Below, piece by piece: positions 34,850 through 47,575 of a stretch of 51,721 nt of DNA. The translations under genes and the position numbers were made by a program. Source of the stretch: Cyanophora paradoxa CCMP329 (Eukaryota > Plantae > Glaucophyta); contig QPMI01000336.1 in assembly GCA_004431415.1 (NCBI GenBank), positions 1-51,721 of the forward strand, written 5' to 3'. The notes beneath the pieces were generated by a model that saw only the letters and a list, made by a program, of their open reading frames with translations, was not told the origin of the DNA and did no database searches. Numbering within the stretch: the stretch's first letter is position 1; the number at the start of each line of letters is the position of its first letter.

Positions 34850-37800
34850 AGTTCTGAGTCAGGCCCTGAGGGGTCCCCCTAGCCTAAGTTTCTAGTAGGG
34901 CCCCGAGGCCCCCTACTAGGTGCCAGTACCGGCCCTCCCTTACTGTAGTCTAGATCTACATCTGTAGAGCTAGAAATATTTAGTATGCTGCACATTTATA
35001 GTACTCAAAGTTTTATGGCAATCGATGTCTAATAAACATTTCCCGCCTGCCGAAGCTGAGAATTCTTTATAATTAGGGGTATCGTAGCTCCGTCGACGTT
35101 TCTACCATTAATATTCCCTACGAACTTTCGGAAGGCTGACCTACTAAAACTGCACCAGCTGCTAATTATAAAAACTACCGTAGTACTAGTCAAGTAAGTG
35201 GCAGTACTAGTACTACGTTGTGCCGTATTAGTATTTTCCTGTGGTGCCGCCGTGCCACAGTGGCGGCGAGTCGCCGGCGACGGGCCGCCGACGCGTACGG
35301 CCCGCCGTACGCGTACGGTTCACTGAGTCACTAGTACCGTGGCCTGTGGTGAATAGGTTCATTACGGTTCTGGTTAACGTTCAACTTCTGGAGCGGTGTC
35401 CACTGTCCAATCGATATCCAGTATGATTCCACATCACTGCGCATGCATATGCGGGCCCATTTGCATTGCGGGGCCTTTCAAGTTTGCGGGCCCAGCTGCA
35501 GCCTGCTGGCGCCGGGCCGCCGGCACTGCGGCCCGGCACGGGCCGGCAGGCGGCCGCGCGGCCACCGCCGGGCCGGCGCCGGCGGCCACCGCCGGCCAGG
35601 CCCTGAGTCGGTCGCGACTCGCCGACTCGCGAATCGCGATTAATATTCGCGAATCGCGATCGATATATATATATCGCGAGTCACGACTCGCGAATCGCGA
35701 TCATCGGATCGGCCGCGGCCGCGGCCGCCGGGCGGCGCCGGCGCGGCGGCGCGCGCGAGCCGCGCCGCGGCGCGGGACCGTGACGCTACGTCACCGGGAC
35801 GTCGACAACACCATTTTTTTCGAAGTTCGTTCAGGAGGCTGGCAGGAGCCCTAGGCCTTGCTTCAAATCCCGAGCCCTCGAAATTTCTGATTGGCCGGCG
35901 CTGGTCTCGCGGAAAATGTATACTATGATAAGGATCGAAATATACGGAAATATCATAGTATATTAATTGTTTTAAAATCTGCGATCCTGGCTGGCACAGT
36001 GGCACTGAGTCTGCAGCTGGCACTGGTGCCACTGGCTAGCACTGGTTGCACTCAGTGACTGCACTGCGCGGCAGCTGGCGTCAGCCTGGCGACTCAGTGG
36101 CGAGTAGCCTAGTAGGCTAGTAGTAGCCTAGTAGTAGGGTTCAACGCGTACGGTAGTCACTTACCGTACTACTACGGTAGTACGCCGTAAGTCCGATCGC
36201 GAGTCCCTCAAAAGTTAAGAGTCAAAACCCGCTGTAGCCTGTAAGTGTAACTGTGTAAGTAACTTAGTACTATAAGTCGCAAGTCCGCCGTAAGTCCCGA
36301 GTCCGCGGCTGTCCGCCGGCCGCGGAAGTCGGCCAGAAATTAACTAGTAAAGCACAGAAAACCGTTGAGCACTTCTCAATCTAGATCTGCGAGTTTAACG
36401 CCGAGTTAGATTGTCTTCAAGCTTTAATTTTTCTGTGTGTTTGGGAAGAAATGGGGCTTGTTTAAGCAGTAAAAGTGCCATCCCAGGTAGACATCATGAC
36501 TCAGTGACCACCGGCCGCGGAGTCCCGTTCAGGCGTCTTCTCACCCCAAGGCTTCAAGGCTTTTTGCCGCTCGAGCTCGCAGGGGGTATCCCTAGGGGGA
36601 CTTACGACTTACTAAAAGTTATATTACGTCCGTAATTATAAGTCCCATCTCCGAGGCTCGGGGCACGTAAGTCGTACTACTACGGTACCGGTAACTCGGA
36701 CTTCACTTACGGACTTACGAACTTCGGAAGTCCGACGTCGACGTCGGACGGTCTCACTGTCTCACAGACTCACAGTCTCAGAGTCTAGATCATCGGATCT
36801 GTAAGTCGTAAGTGGCAATTGCAAATTTGCAACCCTACTAGGGCTAAGTACCGTAGTAGTACTCAGTTACTATATATAGCAGTATTATAGCTAGGGGCGC
36901 TGTTCGAACAAAATCGCCGCGTTCAGTGTTTGTTCGTTCAGAAGCCCCCGTGTTCATTGTTCAGTGAACGCTGTTCGAACAGCGAGCTCCTCGCTTCCCC
37001 CCCTATCCCGCCCCCGAGTCTGGGCCCGAGAGCTTCTCGCGCTTCGCGCGACATAAGGAAAAAGTCATAGAAGTTGCTGAAACTCATTAATCAGAGGGCG
37101 AATTACCTGTTTCTGACGGTTTCCGTGCCGAAACTTGCCCGAAAGTGGCCCGAAACCGGGGCCCGGGGACCCCCCTGCCGATGAAGTCGGTGTTCATGAA
37201 CAGCAGTTTCTTTGTTCACGTTCGTTCAGTTCAGTAAAATGGCTGTTCGTTCACGTTCATTCGAACAGTGTTCGTTCAAAGAGCGCCCCTAATTATAGCT
37301 AGGGCCGGGCTGCTAGGCTAGTTGCAACTTGCAAGCCTTGAAGTTACTAAGTTACTTTTTTAAACCGTTGAACCGTTGAACTTGCAACTTGCAAGCCTGC
37401 AACTAGCTATAGCCTATAGCCTATAGGCTATCATCAGTATAGCCTATAGGCTGCCAGGCTGCAAGTCACTGAGTCTGCCAACCGTTGAACCTCCCAGTGC
37501 TCCCACAGTCCCACTATAGCTAGTACCGGTACTGGCTCGAGCTCCCAGTGCCTCCCACAGCCTCCCAGCCTCGACCCGGCCGTCGGTCGGACCGACTCGG
37601 ACGGCCCTAGCCTCGAGTCCCTCCGACTCCCTCGACTCGACTCGGCGATCCGTGGCCGATCCGCCGGGCCGATGATCATCGGATCCGGATGATCATCGGA
37701 TCGCGAGTCCGTCCCAGACTCCCAGCTGCAGACTCAGTGCAGAGTCAGTGCAGAGTCACTGCAGACTCCCGGGTCCCAGCTGCCACTGCCTGCCAGGGCT

Positions 37801-38360
37801 GCAGCCTGGCAGGCTGCAGGCTGCAGGCTGCAGCCTGCAGGCTGCAGCTAGCTAGCGGCGTAGCGCTGGGCCGGCGCCCCGGCCGGGCCGCCGGCGGGGC
37901 CGCCCGGGCCGCGGGCCAGCCTGGCAGGCCGCGGGCGCCGGGCGCCGCCGGCTCCCGGCCCGGGCCCCGGAGTCCGCCGGGCCAGAGTCCGGAGTCCGAC
38001 GGTCCGGACTCCCGGAGTCCGTATACGTAGAGTACTCCGTACTCCGGAATCCGGCCCGGCCCGCCGCCCGGGCCGGCCGCCGGGCGGGCCCGGGGCCTGC
38101 GCGCCGCGGCGGCTGCGCCGCCGCGGCGCGCGCCCGCCGGCGGATCCGGATCCGCGCGATCCGCCGCGGGCCGGCGGTCAGCGCCGAGCGCGAGTCAGCC
38201 GCTGAGCGGCCGCAGCTAGCGCTGGCCATCGGCCGCCACGGCTCGCCAGTGGCACCACTCCGCAGTGAGTCCGCACCAGTGCCACGGTGGGCCCGTCACT
38301 GAGTCAGCGCCGACTCAGCGGCCGCGCCGCGGCGCCGGCGGCGGCCACTGGTCCGGTAAT
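34850..38360. other. Non-coding intergenic region dense in short palindromes and local direct/inverted micro-duplications
   Basis: Examples: tcgcgaatcgcgattaatattcgcgaatcgcgatcgatatatatatatcgcga (~35626), tagcctatagcctataggcta (~37409), ccgatgatcatcggatccggatgatcatcgg (~37669). GACTC/GAGTC, ACTAGT and AGTACT words are frequent. Confidence 0.7.
36892..37291. mobile_element. 400-bp non-autonomous hAT-type element (MITE)
   Basis: Imperfect TIRs TAGGGGCGCTgTTcGAACaAA vs TAGGGGCGCTcTTtGAACgAA. Perfect 8-bp TSD ATTATAGC at 36884-36891 and 37292-37299. Dense subterminal GTTC(A/G) motifs. An 8-bp TSD with TAGGG ends is typical of hAT. Confidence 0.88.
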
Positions 38361-39064
38361 AACTTATAGTCACTGAAAAAAAAGAGTATTAACAGGATTA
38401 ATGTTCAAATTAAAAGAATCCATATGCATACTTCGATTAAATCCAAACATTTTTGTTTTTGGTGAATTACCGGCCACAGTCTCTAGACACCAGCACTGCG
38501 GGGGCTGCCCAGGGGGTAAATCCAAACATGAAAGTTCGGAGTTAGGAAATTTAACGGGCGCCGGCCGGAGTCGATCACAAACTTTGAAAGTTTGCAAGGT
38601 ACCTCTATATATTATAGTATATACCTGGGCGCCGGCCCGGCGGGCCCGCGCCGGCGGCCCGGGCGGCCCGGCCCGCGGCCGCACGCGCGCACTGCGGCAG
38701 ATCATCGGATTTCGAGCCTGAATTATCGGCGAATCGCCCGGCGCCGCCGCGCCGCGCCCCGCGGCCCGCCTGCAACTGCCGGCGCCCGAGTCTGAGTCAT
38801 TCATGCCGCTCCACCCGCTTTCTCGCCCGGCCGGGCCCACGTACCGCCCCGCCTGCTGCGCATGCTTCCGAAGTTCAGCTTCGTCTACTCCAGGTTCTCC
38901 CCGCCGCTGCTGCTGCGCACCTGACCCGGCCGCCCCCGCTGGGCCCGCCCCCGCATGCATGCGCACGCACGGCCGCTGTCACGGGCGAGCCGCTCCTAGC
39001 TCCCGTGTCCCCTCCCGCCGCCGCCCTCGCCTGCCCGTCAGCCCGGTGCGCATGCCGCCGCCCG

Positions 39065-39420
39065 CGGCCGCCTCGCCACCCCACCGGTACCCGCCATGCA
39101 TATGGCCAGCCTCGAGCTCGCCACCCCACCGGTACCGGTACCCGCCCGCCTCGAGCTCGCCACCCCACCCGCCCGCCTCGCGATCGATACCCCGCCCGCC
39201 TCGCCCGGCCGCCTTTCTCGCCTCCCTGCGCCCCCTCCCCCCTCCCCTCCCCCCCCCTCCCCCCCCCCTCCCCTCCCCGCCTGGTACCGACCCCCGCTTG
39301 GTCCGCGTCGCCACCCCACCCGTCCGCGGCGGACGGGTGGGGTGGCGACGCTGCCAGGCTACCCGCCTTGCCACCCCGCCTGCCAGGCTACCCGCCTTGC
39401 CACCCCTGCCGGCGCCTTGC
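39065..39420. repeat. C-rich local repeats downstream of DLEC1
   Basis: Recurrent gccaccccacc / cctcgagctcgccaccccacc, two copies of gccaggctacccgccttgccacccc, and a poly-C tract at ~39231-39278. Confidence 0.6.
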
Positions 39421-39895
39421 CTCTCAGCCCCCTCCCTCCCCTCGCTCTCCCTCCCCCAAGTACCCTGCAATGAGTACAAGTACCCCGCCCCTTGCACCTC
39501 CGCGCGCGGCTCGCACTTGCCGCACCTGCGCAGGGCCGGGCGCGGTCTGCTAGTATTCGCCAGTATATTTATAGTCGAAATATAATATATAAACGCTGCA
39601 TCTGGCGGATAAACGTACGTTATTCGAGCCAGAGATCGAGCTCATGTTTGGTGAGGTGGGAGCCCCGGATCCCGAGTCCGGAGATCGAAATCGAGTGCTC
39701 AAGCAAGTTCGGAGCTTACTAAGTTACCACGTTGAGACTGTCCATCCACGATTCAAGCGTGGGAGCACAGGGGTCGGGCTACAGCTATCGATGTCCGACG
39801 GTCTGGCGGTGGATCCGGAGAGGCGAGAGGGATCTAGAGGGGCGGGGGGCGGAGGGGCCCCGGGGAGGGCGCGCGGGGCGGGGCTCAGCGGCGGG

Positions 39896-42800
39896 CTACT
39901 CGAGGGCGACGGCGAGGGGCTCGGTGAGCATCGCCTCCTCGTGGTGCGTGCCGGAGCCCTTGCAGAGGAGCGTGCACCCGCGCCCGCCCTCCACCGCCAC
40001 CCGGAAGAGCGAGCGGTAGTTCGCGTCCAGCGAGCCCCGGAAGCGCACGCCGAGGCGCAGCGTCTGCGGCTGGCCCTGGCCCCGCCCGGGCACCGTCCCC
40101 GCGCTCGCCGAGAACTCGAAGGCGCCCGGGTCGTCCCGCGTCGCCGTGCCCCCGCCCGCCGCCCCGTACCCGTGGAAGATCACCGCCGCCGAGCGCGCGT
40201 CGCCCCCGCCGCGCGCGTGGGCGGCGCGCTTGCGGGCGGAGGGCGGGCCGGAGTCGGGGCGGGGGCGTAGACGGCGGCGTCGGGGTTGGCGGGGTCGACG
40301 TGGACGAGGCGCCAGCGGGCGTCGACTTGCGTGGGGTTCGTGAGGAGCACCTCGAGGGGCCGCGCGTTGTCGACGTGGACGGGCCCGAAGCGGAGGACGT
40401 CGGGGGCGGCGCGGAGCTCGGGGCGGGGGAGGCGGCCGGCGAGGGGCAGGCGCTGGCGGGCGCCGTTGGCGAAGGCGAGGAGGAGGTCGCCCTCGAAGAG
40501 CGCGTCCTCCGCGTCCGCCACCCCGAACGCCCCCGCCGGCGGCGCGAACTGGCCCCGCGCGTTCAGGCCGGGAGGGGCGCTCGGAGGCGGCGGGGCGCAC
40601 GGCGATGGTGAGGTCGATGGTCTCGCGCGGCCCGATCGTGAACGCCCGCGGCGACTCCCCGCCCCGCGTCCCCTGCCCCGCAAATCAGGCAGGGGCAGGG
40701 GCGGGGGACAAGGAGGGGGCGGCGCACGGGGGAGGAGGCGCGGGCGAGGGAGGCGCCTGAGCCGGCGGCGCGGGGCGGGGCGGAGGGCGGGCCGGCGGCG
40801 AGGCGGAAGTGGTCGGGGAGGTGGAGGGTGAAGGAGAGGGCGGCGGCGGTCTCGTTGGTGAGGGGCAGCGTGCGCGTGGGGGCCGCGTGCGCCGGCGGCG
40901 GGCTGCTCGCCGGCCACACGAAGGCGAGGCGGTCCTTGCCGCCCGTCGCGAGCGCGGCGAGCACCGTCGTCGCCCGCAGGTCGAGCAGCACCGGCGGCAT
41001 CGCCGGCGGCTCGGGGGGCGGCACGAGGCTCGCCGCCTCGCCGGGGCCCGCGGGGAGGGGCCGCCAGCCCTTGGCGAGCGCCTGGTGGTACCCCGCCACC
41101 GCCTCCGTCTCGTCCCCGCCGGCAGCGGCCCATGCAGGCCGCCCCCGCCGCCCTCCCCCGCGGGGCCGGCCCCGGGGCCAGCCTCGGGGCCGGCGGCGCC
41201 CTCCCCCGCCTCGGCCTGGAGGCTGTGGTGGGAGTCGCCGGCGGCGGAGCTCCAGCGGGGCTTGCTGGCGGGGCGGAGCTCGGCGCGGCCGACGAGGTGG
41301 CGGAGGTGCGCGCCGCCCTCGCCCGACTCGAAGCGGACGGTGAAGGTCGCCGCCCCGCGCGCCGGCACCAGCGCCGCCCGCGGCTCCACCGCGAAGGGCT
41401 CCTTGGAGGCGACCTCGCGGTGGGGCCGGACGTGGAGGCGGAAGGGGCCCTCGGGCCCGGGCGCGTCGTCGAGGAGGAAGACGTCGATCTCGGGCGGGGC
41501 CTCCGCGCGGTGCTCGAAGCAGAGCCAGCGCAGCGCCATGTTGAAGGGGCCCTCGTTGAGCACCTTGAAGGTCTTCTCGACGGGCCCGCTCCCCGCCGGG
41601 AAGCTCCCGAAGGAGAGCGAGGGGGGCTCCCGCGCGGCGGCCTCCCCGCGGGGGAGGTGGACGCCGGTGGTGTGGGGGTGGACGGAGAGGGGCGAGCCGC
41701 GGACGGCGACGCGGACGGGGAGGAAGGCGGGGGCGAGGCCCTCGACTTCGCAGCGCAGGCGGTCCGCGTAGGCGCCGCACATGTCCGCGAAGCAAGTGAC
41801 CTCGACCTCGACGGCGGCGTGCGGCTCCAGGCGGCCCTCCGCGGGGATCACCTCGAAGGCGACGCCGCGGCCGCCCCGCAGGACCTCGCGCCGCACGGCC
41901 GCCTCGTTCCGGCCCTGGATGAGCTCGCGCCCCGTCTGGCTGTAGAAGCGGTCGGTGTACTCGTGCGCGTCGCTGAGGATGGGCCGCCTCCGCTGCGAGG
42001 TCGTCGCCCCCGAGGCCGCCGACTTGCGCCCCAGGCTGCCCCCCGTCTTCTGGCTCGTCATCGACGCCGCCATCGACGCCTGCGCGCCCCGAGCGTCGGC
42101 GGCGTCGGCGGCGGGGGCGGGGGCGGGGGCGGGGCGGTGGGCGGGGCGCACGCGGCCGGCGCTGTTGGGGCGCGTGGCGCCGGGGTGGCCGTGCGGGTGC
42201 GGGGCCGGCGGGTGCGGGGGCTTGGCGCTGGCGGCGGCGGCGTGGCGGGGGCGCCCCTCGTGCTCGTCCTCGTCCTCCTCGGGGTTGGCGCGGAGGAGGG
42301 CGGAGCGGGAGTTGAGGAGGGAGAGGCGCGAGGTCGTCGTCGCGTCCCCCGCGCTCTTGAAGCGCTCCATGAAGAGCCTGCCCGCCCCGCCCCGCCTCGG
42401 CCCGGGCGCCGCGGGACGGGGCGGGAAGGGAGGCTGCGCACTTGAAGCCGGCGGCGATGCCGCTCGTGTTGCGGATCTGCAGCCGGAGCGTGCGCTGCGC
42501 CGCGCCGCCTCAGCCGAGGCCAAGCGGGCGGGGGCGGTGGCGGGGGGCGGGGCCCCGGACCTTGCCGAAGACGGGCATCTCGTCGCCAAAGTCCAGCACC
42601 GGCACCCCGCCCTGCGCGCGCCCCGGCCCTCGGCCCCCGCCCCGCGCCCCGCCCGCGCCGGGCCGCGCGCCGCGCCGCGCACCCGTCGGAGGCGTCGCCG
42701 GGGGTCGGGGAGGCGCGGCTGCTCCCCGCGGGCTCGGGGCTCGGCGCGAAGGCCACCGCCGCCCGGGCCCCGCCTCCCCGCCCTCCTCAGCCCCGACCCC

Positions 42801-45800
42801 CTCGCCGGCCGCCGGCGCGTCGCCCGGCGCCGCCTCCGCTGCTGCTGCCGGCTCCGCGGCGGCCTCGGCGGGTCCCGGAGCGACCGCCGCCGCCTCCGCG
42901 GGGGTCGGGGTCGCCGGCGGCGGCGGCGTGGCGGGAACGGGCGCGGGCGGCGCGGGGGAGGGGCGTCGGGGGCGGGCGGGGCGGGCGAGGGGTCCCCGCG
43001 GCGGGGTGGGAGGGGCCGGGAGGGGGCGGCGGGCGGGCGGGGGCCGGGGCGGCGGCGGGGGCGGGCTCGGGTTCCGGGAGGCGCGGGAGGGTGGCGGGGT
43101 GACGCGGGGCTGGGGAGGGGCTCGTCGGCCATCCAGGGGGCAGGGGAGCGGCGGGGGCGGGCGGGCGAAGGCCTCGAGGGCCCGAGGAGCTCGTACTCGA
43201 CGGCCAGGCCGGCGACGTCGGCCGCGAGGGCGAACCCCAGCGGCGCCTGCGTCCCCGCCACGGCGAGGGCGCGCAGCAGCTCGAGGCGCCCCGCGCGCAG
43301 CGGGAAGAGCGTGTACTCAACCTCCACCTCCCCGTGCGGCGGCAGCAGGCCCCGGTCCGGCGCGAAGCTCACCCGCGCCGCTGCCGGCCCCCACCGTCGG
43401 CACGGGGGCGGGGGCGGGGGGCGGGGGCGGGGCGGGGCGGGGGCGCACGGGGCCCGTCGGGGTCGCCGGGGTCGGCGTCGGGGTCCGGGGCGTCGGCGGG
43501 GTCGGGCACCCACTCGAATACGGTGGCGAAGGGCGAGAGGTTCCGCACAGTCAGGCGCCCGCTCACGGGGACCCCGCGAAGACCCCCTCCAGCACCGCCC
43601 GCGGCGGCGTCACGCACGCCTGCGCCCCGTACCCCGCCCGCTCGGCACGGGCGCCGGGGCCGGGGCCGGGGCGGGGGCGGGGCGGGGCGGACCTTGGGGC
43701 GCGGGGGTCGGCGCTGACGGCGCAGTAGAGCGTGGGCCCCCCGCGCACGTAGATCTCGAAGACGGCGCGCAGCGGCTCGGCGCGGTGCGGCTGCACCGTC
43801 ACGCTGACCGTCGCGGAGCGGCCGGGGAGCAGCGAGCCGCCGACGGGGGCGATGAGGAAGGGCCAGTCGGGGTCCTCGCGCGTGTCGCACTCGGCGAGCA
43901 GCTGCCGCCGGCTCGACGCCCCGAAGGTCGTCGACCGCGCCGTCGCCGCCCCCGACTTCCCGCCCTTGGACGCCCCGAGGCCCGTCCCCTGGCCCCCGCC
44001 CCGGCTCGCCCCGAGGCTCGCCCCGAGGCTCGCCTGCAGGGCGCTGGACCCCTCGGCGGTGGCGCCGAAGCCGGCCGGCGGGGGCGCGCCGGGGCGGATG
44101 AGGCGCCACTCGCAGGGGGCCCCGGAGGGGTTGCGGAGGGTGAGGGCCCCGCGCGCCTCCGTGCCGACCTCGAGGACGCCGAAGTCGAGGGCCGGCTCGG
44201 CCAGCTCCAGCTCGGGCCCCGCCGCCCGCCCCTCCACCGGCACCGAGAGCACGGGGCCGTGCTCGATCGCCGCGTGCACGCGCCCCCGCAGCGGCCCCGG
44301 CCGCGTGGCGGCGAGGGTGAGGGCGACGGCGACGGAGGCGCCGGGGGGATGGAGCCGGCGCGCGGCTCGAAGGCGACGTCGAAGTCCTGGACGGGGTCCC
44401 ACGGCATGCGCCCCCGGCGCCCTCCGTCGCGGGGGCGGCGGCGGGGCCGGCGGCGTCGGCCGCCTCGGCGAGCATACGCCGCCGCGTCTTCGGGTCGGGC
44501 GGCTGCCAGCCGGGCGGCGGCGGCAGCCGCATCTCGAAGCGCGCCGCCGAGGGCCCCGGTTGGTGAGGGTCAGGGTGCGGGTGACGGGCCGGCCGACGGC
44601 GAGGGTGCCGGCGAGGGGCAGCAGCGGCGGCTCCACGCCGACGTCCGACCCCAGGGCGCTCCCTCGAGCCGCACCGCGATGGGCGGGATCTCGGGGGCGC
44701 CGCGGGGCGCCCCGAGCCCCGCCGCGGGCTGCGGGCGCCGCTGGCGGCGGAGGGGCGGCGGGAGGGGGCGGCGGCGGTGTCGGGGGGCTCGACGCGGAGG
44801 AGGCCGTGGGCGGCGTAGAAGCGGACGGCGGCGGGGCGGAAGGTGAGCGTGAACTCCGCGGCACCCTCCGCGGGGAGCTCCCCCGAGGCGGGGCTCACGG
44901 TGAAGCCCTCGACGGCCACCTCCGACAGGCCCTCGGAGCCGGCGGGGGCCTCCGGGGCGGGCCGGCCGGCGGTGGAGGCGAGGAGGGCGAGCTCGGGAGA
45001 GGCAGCCTCGCCCAGCGCCCACGCGAAGGGCAGCGGCAGCGGCGTGTCGTTCTGCACCACGATCTGCGCGCCCGCCCCGGGCCGCCTTAACAACGGCGGG
45101 GCGGGGCGGGGCAGCGCGGCGCAGCGCGGGGCGGGGCGGGGCGGGGCGGACGGTCTTGGAGAGGGAGTCGCCGGGCCCGAGGGCGCCGAAGCGGAGGACG
45201 CCGTGGGGCCCGCCAGCGTCCCCGCCGCCTCGGCCGGCACGGCCGCACCCGCCACCGAGAGCACCCGCACCGAGGGGGCGACCCCGCTGCCCGAGACGAC
45301 AAAGTCGCGCGTGGTGCCGTTCTCGTAGCGGAGGCGGAAGCGGCGGGAGGCGGGCCCCGGGGCGCGCGGGGCGTAGCGGAAGGCGACGGCGGCCTCGTCG
45401 CCGGTGGCGAGGCGGAAGGCGGGCGGGTCGACGCGGAAGGGGGCGGCGGCCTCGGGCGTCGCGGGCACGAACTCGCCGGCGCCGTCCTCGGCCTCGACGA
45501 GGAGCTCGAAGCCCGAGGGCCCGCCGGCGTTGCGCAGCTCGAGGGCCGCCTCGGAGGCCAGCCCGACGATCGCGTAGCCGCAGTCCAGCGCGTCGGGCAC
45601 GGCGGAGAGGCGCGGCGGGGGCCGGCGGCCGCGGAGGGGCACGGCGAGGCGGGCGAGCTCCGAGGCCACCCCGAAGGCGTCGTCCGCATCCTCCAGCGAC
45701 GCCGGCCGGAAGCGCACCGAGAGCAGCACGCTCATCCCCGGCGCCACCGTCCCGTCCCCGCCGGGGGCCGCCCCGGGCAGGCGCTTGATGGCGACGGAGA

Positions 45801-47286
45801 AGAGCGGGGAGGCCGGCTGGGTGACGCGGACGCGGCGGGAGAGGCGCGTGACGTTCACGAGCTCGACGGTCTGCTCGTAGACGCGCCCGGGGAGGTAGTC
45901 CGTGAACTCGACGGCCGCCGGGCGCACCTGGAAGGGCGCCGCCCCGCCCACCAGGCTCGTCCCCAGCGAGCCCGTCCCCTCCTGCACCCCGTCCGGCTCG
46001 TACCGCTGCCCCCGCCCCGCTCAGAGCCGCCGCGGGCTAAGCTGCGCGGGGCGGGGCGGGGCGGGGCGGACGGGGTTCTTGACGTAGGCGCCGCGCTGCT
46101 GGAGGCGCAGGAGGAGGCGCCGCTCGAGCTCGCGCTGCTCCGCCGTCATCGACGCCGTCCGCTTCTGCGCCCGCCCCGCCCCGCCCCGCCTCGCACCCCG
46201 CCCCGCCGGCCCCGCCGTCCGAAAAGAGGGATGGCGGGGCGCACGGAGTCTGCGTGGGCGGCGGCGGGGGCGGCCTCGTCGTCGCCGCTGGCGTCGCCGG
46301 CGATGTGCCGCTCGACGGTCCGCTCGAGCTCGTCCTCGGCAAGGGCCCCCTCGAGCCGAAACGAGCCGGCCCCGCCCCGCGCTGCCGCCAGCCCCGTCAC
46401 CCCCGCCCGGCGGAGGGCGGGGCGGGGCGGGGCGGGGCGGGGCGGACTGCGGGTGGCGGGGGGCGCCTTGGAGCGGATGGAGGAGAGGTAGCTCTTCGTC
46501 GTCTTGAAGTACCTGCCCGCCCCCGCCCCGTCACCCCGGCCCCGGGCGCGGGCGGGCGCGGGGCGCACCCGGGCTCCTTGTCGTCGGAGATGACGGTGGA
46601 GGGCGGGAGGGTCGTCTTGCGCAGCACCAGCCGCTCGTTCTCCCGCATCAGCGCCTCGGGGTCGATCAGGCCGCTCCCCTCCAGCACCCCCGCGTCCAGC
46701 CGCAGCAGCGACGCCCCGCCCGGCGCCCCCGTCAGCCGGTGCGCCGACGAGTACTCCGCGTCCATCGCCTTCAGCCGCTCCCGCTCCGCAACCTCCGCCG
46801 CCGTGAACTGCTCCACCTGCCGCCCCGCCTCAGCCCGCCGCCCCGCCGCCCCCCGCCCGCCGCACGAACCAGGTGCGCCTCCGCCGCCGCGGCGCCCTGC
46901 AGGCGCTGCTCCAGCGCCTGCTTGATCTGGGCGATCCGCTCATCGTAAACGGGGAGCCGCGCTGGCTTCGCTTCCTCCTGCTGCTGCTGTTGCTGCTGCT
47001 CCTTCTGCAGGCGCTCTGCCTCGGCCGCCGCAGCGGCTGCTGCCGCCTGCTCGGCCTGTATCCGCTCGGCTTCTGCCGCCGCAGCTGACGCGGTCTTGCC
47101 CTTCGCAACCGCGGCCGAGGGCTTGACCGGGAGCGGGGGCGGCGCGACCGGCTCGGGTTCTGGCGGAGGCGGCGGCTCCCGCTCCTTGGACTCCGGTTCT
47201 TCTTCCTCGAGCTTTGGTCTGGGATATAGTGCCGGGAAAGAGCTCTCCAGGACGTGCGCTATGGACCCGACGGCCTGCCGCACCAT
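39896..47286 (-). CDS. DLEC1: DLEC1 / CFAP81 (FAP81) ciliary central-apparatus protein with ASH (Ig-like) domains, multi-exon
   Basis: Family motifs appear in order: SIAHVLESSFPALY; YVKNP|RY; VEFTDYLPGRVYEQTVELVNVTRLSRRVRV...GTVAPGMS...RFRP.SL...PLRGRRPPPRL...LDCGY; GRGVAFEVIPAEGRLEPH...VTCFADMCGAYADRLRCEVEGL.P...PVRV.VRGSPL; C-terminal GSGTHHEE. Introns are GT-AG and GC-rich; a few indels break the frame. Start codon is tentative. Confidence 0.9.
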
Positions 47287-47575
47287 TCTGCCACCCCTCC
47301 ACGCCGCAGCGACAGCTGCGGCTTTATCACGATCTTAAGTATGCTGGAGAGGTGCTGGCTTGGCCGCTGAGGCGGTTCTGCAGCCTTCCTGCCGGGCTGC
47401 GCTATTTCAGACTGTACCGGTCGGGAGTCGAACCCGCGTTTTTTGCGCCCCGCCGCTTTCGCCCAGATTCAAGCACTCCAGGCTCCATCACGCTCACGGC
47501 ACGCAGCACAGCAATTGACCACCGCAGCTCGCGTTTCGGCTCGTTTCAGCGCGGTTGGCGGTCGGCGGGGGGAGA
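47287..47575. promoter_or_regulatory. Putative bidirectional promoter between head-to-head genes
   Basis: Only 289 bp separate the divergent ATGs at 47286 (minus) and 47576 (plus). No specific motif was identified. Confidence 0.45.

Noticed and set aside
38371-38620. CACTGAAAAAAAA as a CACTA/EnSpm terminus
   Set aside because: No matching inverted end or TSD was found in the window.
41955-44846. 963-aa plus-strand ORF and similar ORFs opposite DLEC1
   Set aside because: Antisense shadow of GC-rich DLEC1 exons and introns.
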